A stretch of DNA of 32,000 bases, taken from assembly GCF_000018305.1 (NCBI RefSeq), contig NC_009954.1, positions 210,001 to 242,000 on the forward strand. The letters are read 5' to 3'. Position numbers and translations under genes: made by a program. The notes beneath the pieces were generated by a model that was not told the origin of the DNA, made no database searches, and was given only the letters and a program-made list of their open reading frames with translations. This DNA is from Caldivirga maquilingensis IC-167 (GTDB taxonomy: Archaea > Thermoproteota > Thermoprotei > Thermoproteales > Thermocladiaceae). Within the stretch, counting starts at the first letter, position 1, and each line of letters opens with the position of its first letter. Of this stretch, positions 1-7,853 are shown in pieces.

Positions 1-1356
1 GTATTCATTAGCATGGGCTGGGGAATCCCTCCTAGTTGGGACTTGGGCCCTATATATCGTATAGTCACCTGATACTATGTAGGCTATTGCCACGGCTATC
101 ATGGCTGCAGGCAATAATTGATAACTACCCGTCATTTCAATAACCATGAACATTACCGCCAAGGGGGCTTTAGCAGAAGCCCCGAAGAGCGCAAGCATAC
201 TCACTATTACAAATGGCGCAGGATTAGGGGTTAAGCCTGGTGTCAGGTAGTGGAAAAGAAGCCAAGCATCAAAACCAGTGAAAGCCCCTATCACTATGCC
301 TGGCGCAAAGACACCACCACTACCACCTGAACCTACTGTGAATGATGTTGCAATAATCTTGAGGAATGGTAGCAGTATTAGAATCATAAGCGGTGGTATT
401 AGTACTGGTGACGCAAATGCATTAACATTATTGAACTCAGCTAAGTTAACCCAACCATAACCAGTGCCTAATATTTCAGGCACCAGTAGGCCTATTAAAC
501 CAGTGGCAAGGCCACCAATTACAGGTTTCACGTAGTTGCTAATCCTCCACCTCTTGAAGGAGTCGTGAATGAAGTAGAAGGTCTTCACGTAAAGTACCGC
601 TACTAATCCATCCACTATACCGAGAACGGCGTATAATGGTAACCTTAATGGATTGAAGACACCGGTGTAGTACCCGAATATTGGGGTGAAGCCAACAATG
701 GAGCTAAATATTGAGTAACCCACCACTGAGGCCACTAGGGCCGGGAATAAGACCTCAGTCTCCATATCCCTCTTATAAAGCACCTCAGCCGCTAATATTG
801 CTCCACCCATGGGTGCCTTAAATATTGAACCAATACCAGCACCAATACCAACAGCAACAGCAATCCTCCTATCCTCAGCAGATAAGCCTAATAAATCGGC
901 TATAAACGACCCAATACCAGCGCTTAATTGAGCCGTGGGCCCCTCCCTACCGGCACTTCCCCCTGACCCAATCGTTATGGCTGAGGCTATGAGTTTAATA
1001 GGCGGTATTCTCCTTCTAATCCTGCCTTGAAGCCTATGAAAGGCATTAATCGCCGCATCAGTCCCATGACCCTCAGCCTCAGGAGCCCAGGTATACACTA
1101 TTAAACCTGAAAGTAACCCACCTAAGGCAGTGGACACCGGTATTAACCAAAGCCTACCTGCATGAAGTACGTAGTTTAATGAACCACCCTCCCCTATGGG
1201 TAGAGGTGGTTTAAAAGCAATTAACCTAACCATGAATAAGTACTCCATGAACTTTAAAGTGAAGTAGAAGGCTAATGCCGATAAACCAGCAACCACACCA
1301 ATCACGATTCCTAAAATAAACCACTTGACATAATACGGCAACTCACTAATGTTCAT
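1..1356 (-). CDS. ClC-family voltage-gated chloride channel/transporter (C-terminus cut by window edge)
   Basis: Absent from the ORF track because it runs off the window. Minus-strand ATG at 1354-1356, with an open frame to base 1 (452 codons). The translation [20 protein letters not shown]... carries the ClC hallmarks [14 protein letters not shown] (GREGP), [12 protein letters not shown] (GxFxP) and [22 protein letters not shown]. It is hydrophobic throughout. Confidence 0.88.
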   Translation of the reverse strand, partial: MNISELPYYVKWFILGIVIGVVAGLSALAFYFTLKFMEYLFMVRLIAFKPPLPIGEGGSLNYVLHAGRLWLIPVSTALGGLLSGLIVYTWAPEAEGHGTDAAINAFHRLQGRIRRRIPPIKLIASAITIGSGGSAGREGPTAQLSAGIGSFIADLLGLSAEDRRIAVAVGIGAGIGSIFKAPMGGAILAAEVLYKRDMETEVLFPALVASVVGYSIFSSIVGFTPIFGYYTGVFNPLRLPLYAVLGIVDGLVAVLYVKTFYFIHDSFKRWRISNYVKPVIGGLATGLIGLLVPEILGTGYGWVNLAEFNNVNAFASPVLIPPLMILILLPFLKIIATSFTVGSGGSGGVFAPGIVIGAFTGFDAWLLFHYLTPGLTPNPAPFVIVSMLALFGASAKAPLAVMFMVIEMTGSYQLLPAAMIAVAIAYIVSGDYTIYRAQVPTRRDSPAHANEY

Positions 1357-1379
1357 TAATACGCTGAGGAATTAAGGCA

Positions 1380-1386
1380 TTTATAA
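1380..1386 (-). promoter_or_regulatory. TATA box for the ClC gene
   Basis: TTTATAA lies 24-30 nt upstream of the minus-strand ATG at 1356, matching the spacing seen for most genes in this window. Confidence 0.5.
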
Positions 1387-1467
1387 GGCTTATTGTACAA
1401 CATCATTACCCTTTAAACCCAGCATCATTGGTTCTCATTTAATTAATAAATCGTAATACTGGTAAGG

Positions 1468-1474
1468 TATTTAA
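1468..1474 (+). promoter_or_regulatory. TATA box for the Arch_ATPase gene / cassette
   Basis: TATTTAA lies 30-36 nt upstream of the ATG at 1504, consistent with a leaderless or near-leaderless transcript. Confidence 0.5.
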
Positions 1475-1475
1475 C

Positions 1476-1502
1476 CCGGTACCGGCAAGTTACCGGTACC
1501 GG
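1476..1502. promoter_or_regulatory. Tandem perfect palindromes CCGGTACCGG-N7-CCGGTACCGG (putative operator)
   Basis: Two identical 10-bp perfect palindromes at 1476-1485 and 1493-1502 are separated by CAAGTTA (17 bp centre to centre). They fill the whole interval between the TATA box and the ATG at 1504. Confidence 0.55.
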
Positions 1503-1503
1503 T

Positions 1504-2610
1504 ATGAAATTCATATTCGGTAGGGAGATTCTTGACCCATCGGAATTCTATGATAGGGAGGAGGAACTTAAGGTACTTATTAATTCATTTAAGGTTAGGC
1601 AACCAATTGCAGTTATAGGTTATAGGAGAATGGGGAAGTCGTCATTAATTAATGTTGCTCTTAAATTAATGGATAATGAAGATACAGTAACCGTTAAGGT
1701 GTCTTTAGAGGGGGTTAGAAGCATTAGGCAGTTTCTCGACCTTTACGTTAGTAGTATTCTTACGGAGACCGTTAGGAAATCGATTAGACTTAAATTGAAG
1801 GTAGACTTAATTAACATTAGAGATGCATTACATGCATTACTCGGCGCTGTGAGGGAGGCTGGGGTTAGGTTTAATGGACTGGACTTCTACGTTAGGCTTT
1901 ACACTGATGTGATTGATTATAAGGTTAACATGATTAAGGCATTGGATGAATTCCTTCAAATGCCCCAGAAGATTGCTGAGGAGTTGGGTAAGAACATGGT
2001 GATTGCGCTTGATGAATTCCAGCAGGTTAGGTTCCTTAAGCAACCGTACCCTGATGTATTAAGGGTCATGAGGAGGATTTGGCAATCCCACAGCATGGTT
2101 GAGTATGTGATCGCTGGGTCTGAGGTGGGTATTATGAGGGAGTTACTGAGTAGGAGTGATCAACCCTTCTTCGCCTTCTTTAGGGTTATTGAATTAAAGC
2201 CCTTTAATAAGGACACCAGTATATCATTCCTAAGGGAGGGGCTTATGGAGAATGGGGTGTATTGTGTAGGTGAAGTCTTAGAGAAGGCTTATGAGTTAAC
2301 GGGTGGTTTCCCAGCTTGGCTTAACCTGGCTGGTTTAAGAATGGTTGAGGGAGGCTGCGATAAGTGGTTTATACTAAATGACCCAACAGTCAAACTCATT
2401 ATAGAATCCGAGTTAAGTAGCCTTAACCATAATCAACTTAGGCTCCTTAAGGCATTAGCCATGGGTATTAGGTTGAATAAGGCAAACGTTATGAAGCCTA
2501 ACAGGGTTTTAAATGAATTAATCGCAAAGGGGCTTGTTGAGAAGACTGGGTGGGGTAGGTATAGGATTGTTGACCCATTGTTGGCGAATTACTTGAAGAT
2601 TAATGGTTAA
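1504..2610 (+). CDS. AAA+ ATPase of the archaeal Arch_ATPase type (PF01637-like), probable C-terminal wHTH
   Basis: The N-terminal FYDREEEL is followed by Walker A IAVIGYRRMGKSSL (about 1618-1641) and Walker B MVIALDEFQQ (D170-E171, 2011-2016). The C-terminus LNELIAKGLVEKTGWGRYRIVDPLL looks like a winged helix. The layout is typical of this paralogue-rich archaeal family. Confidence 0.75.
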   Translation: MKFIFGREILDPSEFYDREEELKVLINSFKVRQPIAVIGYRRMGKSSLINVALKLMDNEDTVTVKVSLEGVRSIRQFLDLYVSSILTETVRKSIRLKLKVDLINIRDALHALLGAVREAGVRFNGLDFYVRLYTDVIDYKVNMIKALDEFLQMPQKIAEELGKNMVIALDEFQQVRFLKQPYPDVLRVMRRIWQSHSMVEYVIAGSEVGIMRELLSRSDQPFFAFFRVIELKPFNKDTSISFLREGLMENGVYCVGEVLEKAYELTGGFPAWLNLAGLRMVEGGCDKWFILNDPTVKLIIESELSSLNHNQLRLLKALAMGIRLNKANVMKPNRVLNELIAKGLVEKTGWGRYRIVDPLLANYLKING

Positions 2611-2680
2611 GGAGACTTAATACGTAATTCATTAATTTAACTGTTCCCTTAATTTAGGGGAGCCTTAACTCTACCTTAAG

Positions 2681-5600
2681 ATGGGGAATCCTTATGAAGC
2701 ATTAGGCTTCGTGGATAGGCCGCTTAACCCAAGTGGGCTCCCACCGGTGGTTAGGCGTTACGTCACCATGGGGCTTGAGAAGGAGATTAGCGAGATTATG
2801 AAGGCTGTGGAGGTTTTTCTAAGGGGTAGTGATAACATGCTGTTGGTTGTGGTGGGTCCGTATGGTTTCGGTAAGTCGGATCTACTTGATGATGTTGAGG
2901 AGAGGCTTAAGGGTCTTAACGTGGATGTGGTTAGGACCGCCCTCAGCCTAAGCATGAACATTAAGGATTACTTAATTAACAGATTCATGAGTAGGGATCC
3001 CAGTAAACCATTGATCCTAATGTTTGATGAGGCTGATGAGTTAACTAGGGCAGTCTCAATGTCAGGTGGAGTGAGTGGTGAGGTTAAGAACTCCATAATG
3101 CAGGTTACTGGATTAATTAGGGCTATTTTAGAACCAAGGAACTACGCCTCACTACTTAACCTTAAGCCAAGTGACTTAAGTAGAGTAATGATAATAGCAG
3201 CCTTCACCCCCCAATTATATTACAGTATACTGAAGAATAATGTACCGGACGTGTTCGATATTGCCAGGGGAAGGGTCTTCAAGGAGATTACCATTGATGA
3301 TAGGGTACCCTACTGGCTTTACGAGGCTATCATTGAGAATAGGCTCCTATCATACTCAAAGCCGGAGAGACTTAAGGCTATTAATGATGGTAAACTTAAC
3401 CCCCTTCACCCCTTTAATAGGGAATCATTATCATTAATATACCTAATAGCCAGGAGAATGGAGAATGGGCAGGCTTCACCCAGGAATCTGATTAAACTAA
3501 CCTCCAAGTTACTTGAAATGATTACTGAGGATGATGGTCAATTAACCGTAAACCTCATGATACGCTTCCTAACCTCAGAACTAGGCAAGTACATTAACCT
3601 CAGTCTACTTAATGAGTTAAAGACCTATGGTGATGATTTAATGCACGTAGCCTTATCCGGCATACCTGTTAAGGCTAATCCCAGTGTTGAGTTAACTGGG
3701 CTTGTTGAGAAGGTTAAGGTTATTGAGATTAACCCAGAGAATGCCAGTGAATTACATGTTATTAATAACTTGAGGATGATTTACGGTAAACCACCAATAG
3801 CTGCTGATGACTTGAGAAACCTATCCATAGAGTACGGCTCATACTACACAGTACCAATGGATAAGGGGGTTAAGTTAGTGGTTATACTTCCAGCTGAGGC
3901 TGATGTTAAGGGTTTCATAAGTCATGAAGCCTACGTACTTAAGAAGAGTATTCACGATAAGCTACTTGGCTTAACTAATCCAGAGACCAGTAGTCTTGAT
4001 GAGTTAAGTAGCTTCATAAGGCAAGTAGCCACAGCTAAGCCCATTGACGTAGCCAGTAGGATAATAAGCATGATCACTAAGAGTGAGCCTATTAAAACCC
4101 AGGATGGTTTAAGAATAGTCATCGCCGACAATGCCCTAGACGCTAGACTAGCCTACGTAGTGCTCACAAGCCCTGAGGGTGCATTAGGTGTTGCAGCTAA
4201 CTGTGGTGTTAGGGTTAATGGGCAGGTTAAGCATGTTGATGGTTTAATAGGGCTCATTGTTAATGACCAGTTACTGACAAGTCAACTTCAAGGTAACCTA
4301 AACGTGAAGTGGTGTGGAGTTTATGATGCATCTCAAAGAATCCTGTTAATTAACTACGGCTCAGATAACGTGGAGGAATTGAGGGGAATCCTAATAGGTC
4401 TCTACGTATTATCCAAGTTCAGTAAGATACCCAGTGAGTACGCCAGTCAGGTTCAAAGCGCCACTAGGTTCATTGAGAGGATCAGTGCCTTCAGGGATTC
4501 ATTGAGGAATCAACTCCTTCAATACACACTGGGCCTACCTAGGAGGAGGGAGGGTAAGAGGGATGCCATTAGGAGTGTTGTTAAGAGTTGGGTTGATGGT
4601 ACTATTGATCAATTAACACCCTCAGCCTTTAAGTGCGGGGATAAGCCATGCATATCTAGGGTTGAAGCAACCTTGGTGAATTACCTAAGTAGCCTTAAGA
4701 GGCCGATTGATGAGAAGGAGCTTGAGTACGTTATAAGGGGGCTTTTCCCCATTCAATTATGGAGGGACTTCAAGGAACACGATTTAATAGACTTAATGAG
4801 GCTAAGGGGACTGCTTTTTGAACGTAATGGGAAGTACGTAGTGACCATTAATGGTGGATTCAACGAGGCCGTTAACGACGCATGCCTCAGGGTGAGGGAA
4901 TTAGCTAAACTGCTTAATGGCAGTGTCCCAATAAGTATTGGTAATATTAACCTCACTTTACAGACAGGCTTCAGTGCACTTCAAGGAGAGGTTAAGGAAC
5001 TTGAGGAGGAGTGTAGGTTACTCACAACGGTAATAAGTAACCCCACTGAAGATGAGTTGAAGAAACTGGCTAAAATTAACTTAAGCCTAATTACTCTTCA
5101 AGATAAGGTGAATGAGGTTAAGGAGAATGAGGGGAAGTTAATTAATGAGATGAAGAACACCATAAGTAACCTGAACACCCTAATCAACTCCCTGAGTAAC
5201 CCTGAGGTTAATGTTGATGATGCGATTAAGGATGTTGTGAGAAGTAAGGTTAAGGAACTCCAGGAAACAGTAATGAGAGCTGTGGGTAACCTAAATGGCT
5301 TAAGCATTGATAAGGCATATGAGGCTTTAAAGTCCTTAAACGAAAACGTATCTAAGGAGATTAATAGACTTAGGAGGGAGCTGGAGCTTTCAGCATCAAT
5401 ACTGCATTACGCTCATGAACACGCGGTAATAGCACTTATATTATCTAAGGCGTCTCAATTAATTGGTAATGGCGATGAGATACCGCCTGAGGATAATATT
5501 ACTGATTCAATAATTGAATTATTGAGTAAGGATGCGTTGGATGATTTAGAGACCGTGTTAAGTGAGTATGAGAGTAGGGTTAAGGAGGCTAGGGGGAGGT

Positions 5601-5974
5601 TAATAGACGTTATTAGCAGGGTTAAGGCTAAGGCTGCTGAGTTATATAATTCAGTTAACTGGCTTAGGCATAAGGGGTTGGTTAACCAGGACTTGAAAAT
5701 GCCGAACTTGGATTCAGTTAACTTGAGTGAACTTAAGGCAAGCATTGATGAGTTAGTTAACGTTAACGGTATGGTGACCAGTAGGCTTAATGAATTAGCC
5801 AGTAAGCTTAACGTACCTTTAAGTGTACTGAGGTACATTGCCTCAATGGGCCCTAACGTCGGCCTTGATGAAGTAATCATGGCTAGGGAACTAGGCATGG
5901 AGTCCAGGGAGGTTATTAATTACCTTGAGACTTTATGGAGGGCTAAACTGGTGGAGAAGCGTTATGTCTCATGA
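2681..5974 (+). CDS. Large (1097 aa) P-loop AAA+ (ORC/Cdc6-like) ATPase with C-terminal coiled coil and terminal wHTH; function unknown
   Basis: Walker A VVVGPYGFGKSDLL (2855-2878), Walker B PLILMFDEADEL (3011-3040), sensor-like MIIAAFT, and a lid-like segment SPRNLIKLTSKLLE. Residues ~760-1010 (nt ~4958-5708) are heptad-rich and E/K/L/N-rich (LQGEVKELEEECRLL..., KEINRLRRELELS..., EYESRVKEARGRLIDVISRVKAKAAELY). The last ~50 aa, MARELGMESREVINYLETLWRAKLVEKRYV, look like a wHTH. Confidence 0.7.
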   Translation: MGNPYEALGFVDRPLNPSGLPPVVRRYVTMGLEKEISEIMKAVEVFLRGSDNMLLVVVGPYGFGKSDLLDDVEERLKGLNVDVVRTALSLSMNIKDYLINRFMSRDPSKPLILMFDEADELTRAVSMSGGVSGEVKNSIMQVTGLIRAILEPRNYASLLNLKPSDLSRVMIIAAFTPQLYYSILKNNVPDVFDIARGRVFKEITIDDRVPYWLYEAIIENRLLSYSKPERLKAINDGKLNPLHPFNRESLSLIYLIARRMENGQASPRNLIKLTSKLLEMITEDDGQLTVNLMIRFLTSELGKYINLSLLNELKTYGDDLMHVALSGIPVKANPSVELTGLVEKVKVIEINPENASELHVINNLRMIYGKPPIAADDLRNLSIEYGSYYTVPMDKGVKLVVILPAEADVKGFISHEAYVLKKSIHDKLLGLTNPETSSLDELSSFIRQVATAKPIDVASRIISMITKSEPIKTQDGLRIVIADNALDARLAYVVLTSPEGALGVAANCGVRVNGQVKHVDGLIGLIVNDQLLTSQLQGNLNVKWCGVYDASQRILLINYGSDNVEELRGILIGLYVLSKFSKIPSEYASQVQSATRFIERISAFRDSLRNQLLQYTLGLPRRREGKRDAIRSVVKSWVDGTIDQLTPSAFKCGDKPCISRVEATLVNYLSSLKRPIDEKELEYVIRGLFPIQLWRDFKEHDLIDLMRLRGLLFERNGKYVVTINGGFNEAVNDACLRVRELAKLLNGSVPISIGNINLTLQTGFSALQGEVKELEEECRLLTTVISNPTEDELKKLAKINLSLITLQDKVNEVKENEGKLINEMKNTISNLNTLINSLSNPEVNVDDAIKDVVRSKVKELQETVMRAVGNLNGLSIDKAYEALKSLNENVSKEINRLRRELELSASILHYAHEHAVIALILSKASQLIGNGDEIPPEDNITDSIIELLSKDALDDLETVLSEYESRVKEARGRLIDVISRVKAKAAELYNSVNWLRHKGLVNQDLKMPNLDSVNLSELKASIDELVNVNGMVTSRLNELASKLNVPLSVLRYIASMGPNVGLDEVIMARELGMESREVINYLETLWRAKLVEKRYVS

Positions 5975-6551
5975 ATCTCCATTAATAGTGGCTGTGGGTA
6001 ATGATCCTGGAAGCAGGTTATGTAGGCTTATTAAATGTGTAGACAACTATAGTGGTTACGTTGATGTAGCAATATGCCTTAAACAATGCCGAGACATTAA
6101 GGCACCCATTATTATTAATGTTACTAACTGCAATTGGGGTGGAGGGGTGGTTTACGGTAATGTAACCCTCAAGTCAATTAAATGCTGCAGTACAGACTGC
6201 GTTAAGATTATTGATAATAATATTGTTATTACTGGTTACGTGCCTAAAGTGTACATGGGGCCGATGGCTGAGGTATTAATTAAGGATGTTACAGCCCTCT
6301 GGAGGAGTACGCTTACTGATGATGCTGTTAATAGGATTAGTAGAAGGATACTTGCTGAGAGGAGTAGCCTTGGCTTATCTAAGACATTAATGGGCTTAGT
6401 TAGGATGCTTAAGAGTGGTGATGCCTCAGGCTTGGATGAGGAGGTGCTAATGATTCTTGAAACCCTAGGTATTGTTAATTCAGGAATACTAATGGATAAG
6501 GATAAGTTAAGAAGCCTAATAGAGGAGGTGAGTAGGATTGTATACCCTTGA
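5964..6551 (+). CDS. Cys-rich small protein (195 aa from ATG 5964; the ORF track offers an upstream ATG at 5925), function unknown
   Basis: The ATG at 5964 is preceded by GGTGGAG (5950-5956) and overlaps the upstream stop (5972-5974) by 11 nt. The first ~95 residues contain nine Cys (LCRLIKC, AICLKQC, NCNWGGG, KCCSTDC). The C-terminal half is helical (LDEEVLMILETLGIV). I recognise no family. Confidence 0.55.
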   Translation: MSHESPLIVAVGNDPGSRLCRLIKCVDNYSGYVDVAICLKQCRDIKAPIIINVTNCNWGGGVVYGNVTLKSIKCCSTDCVKIIDNNIVITGYVPKVYMGPMAEVLIKDVTALWRSTLTDDAVNRISRRILAERSSLGLSKTLMGLVRMLKSGDASGLDEEVLMILETLGIVNSGILMDKDKLRSLIEEVSRIVYP

Positions 6552-7434
6552 ATCATTAATAGGAGGCATATATAAGCTAAGTGAGGTTGAGTTAGCTCAA
6601 ATAAGCACTGAGCTTGATGGCTTAAACATTAGGGACATTATAATTGAGATTAAGGATAATTCAAGTAATGATTACAACACTGCAGCAGTGGATTCAGGTT
6701 TCATACCGGTAAAGTACCTTGGAGTGATTATTGGTTTAATAAACGTGGCAACTGTTGTGCTTCCAAGTAGTGTGAGAAGTAGATTCATTGTGAGGATGGT
6801 TGATAACTTGGAGTCCCTTGAGGAGGCTGCTAAGCTTGAGGAGTTTAACTCAGCAGCTGACTTACTGAAGGACCATGAGTTAGTTTTAATGGATGGACCA
6901 TTAGTGGTCAGTGATGAGGAGTCAAGTAAGTTAAATGCATTAATTAATAGCGCATTAAGCACCGGGCATTACGTATTATCCTTCACCAAGGAGGTTCGCG
7001 TTAACCGCGTCTCCAGTAGGTTAATGGGTGTTAGGAATCAGATTAATGAAGTGGCATTATTCTTCACCTTATTTGAAAGATTCAGGGAGAAGGAGTCGGG
7101 GTCTGTTTTAATCACGGTGCCGGTTAATGTGAGAAGTGGGGTGGTGGGATTCTACATGCAGGTTAATGGTGGTAGCCCCCCGGTTTACGTTGAGGCCAGT
7201 GAGAATGTGCTTAAGAATCCAAGCGTACTGGGGGCTGTGTCATTAATGATGAGTAGGGAGAATTACCCAATACCGCTTTACGTTGCTGATAAGTTATCTA
7301 AGGTTAGTGATGAGGTTAAGAGGTGGTTCATTATGGCATTACTTAGAATGGGTGAGAAAGGTGAGGTGGATCCACTACTGTATAGGTATATTAGGGATAT
7401 GCTTGGTTACGCCAGGGGTAGAAGCCTTTATTAG
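6538..7434 (+). CDS. NurA-family nuclease (divergent), TTG start
   Basis: The set of motifs matches NurA: NTAAVDSGF (D52, nt 6691), HELVLMDGPL (D119, nt 6892), YVLSFTKEV, VVGFYMQV, and ENYPIPLYVADKLSKV (D251). No in-frame ATG lies upstream of motif I. The TTG at 6538 sits 6 nt downstream of GGAGGTGA (6524-6531) and overlaps the upstream gene by 14 nt. Confidence 0.72.
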   Translation: MYTLESLIGGIYKLSEVELAQISTELDGLNIRDIIIEIKDNSSNDYNTAAVDSGFIPVKYLGVIIGLINVATVVLPSSVRSRFIVRMVDNLESLEEAAKLEEFNSAADLLKDHELVLMDGPLVVSDEESSKLNALINSALSTGHYVLSFTKEVRVNRVSSRLMGVRNQINEVALFFTLFERFREKESGSVLITVPVNVRSGVVGFYMQVNGGSPPVYVEASENVLKNPSVLGAVSLMMSRENYPIPLYVADKLSKVSDEVKRWFIMALLRMGEKGEVDPLLYRYIRDMLGYARGRSLY

Positions 7435-7853
7435 TTTTGGGGTGAATCCTCGTTAATCGACTTAAGTATGCTTAAGACGTCTTGGGTTCGCTGAATGTAG
7501 ACGTAATTATACTTACCCCTCTTCTCAACGTTAACTAACCCTAATTCACTTAACCTCTTAATTATCCTGAAGAGCGTGGACTTAGGTATGTTTAGTTCCT
7601 TACCTATAATGGATTGAATAACCGGCTTACCCCTACTCATAAGGTACTTAAGCACCTTAACCTCATCAGTGTTGAGCCTTGGCCTACTATCATTAATGGG
7701 TAATGAATCCAATTCGATACTATCATTAATCACCCTCAGTATTCCTTTAGTTAACCTAGCCTTAACATCATACATCATGTAACCCAGCACCATTATTAGG
7801 AAGGCCTCCATCATTACTATTACCATTATTACGTTACCTAAAGGTGGCTGCAC
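7431..7853 (-). CDS. Membrane-anchored winged-helix transcription regulator (MarR/TrmB-like wHTH)
   Basis: The N-terminal hydrophobic helix VIMVIVMMEAFLIMVLGYMMY is followed by VKVLKYLMSRGKPVIQSIIGKELNIPKSTLFRIIKRLSELGLVNVEKRGKYNYVYI. The gene overlaps the upstream minus-strand gene by 16 nt (alternative start at 7826). Its stop overlaps the stop of the convergent NurA-like gene. Confidence 0.6.
   Translation of the reverse strand: MQPPLGNVIMVIVMMEAFLIMVLGYMMYDVKARLTKGILRVINDSIELDSLPINDSRPRLNTDEVKVLKYLMSRGKPVIQSIIGKELNIPKSTLFRIIKRLSELGLVNVEKRGKYNYVYIQRTQDVLSILKSINEDSPQN

Noticed and set aside
278-460. 60-aa + strand ORF inside the ClC region
   Set aside because: It is antisense to a confidently identified ClC gene, and its Pro/Thr/Ile-rich translation has no motif. 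It is a shadow ORF.
1400-1440. Two minus-strand ATGATGC / ATGATGT words resembling C boxes
   Set aside because: The final A of RUGAUGA, needed for the k-turn, is missing, and there is no properly spaced CUGA.
5455-5898. 147-aa minus-strand ORF, plus several other antisense ORFs (1837-2043, 2758-2961, 4753-4956, 5098-5307, 6236-6556, 6672-6962)
   Set aside because: All lie opposite the cassette genes. Their Ser/Leu-rich low-complexity translations are typical of the reverse frame of K/E/L-rich coding sequence.
2681-5974. Idea that the 1097-aa ATPase is BREX BrxC/PglY, or a HerA/SMC/Rad50 type
   Set aside because: No PglX methyltransferase, PglZ or BrxL-like genes are nearby. The Walker motifs sit close together at the N-terminus (not split by the coiled coil as in SMC/Rad50), and there is no HerA-like layout. 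I kept it as an unclassified AAA+.
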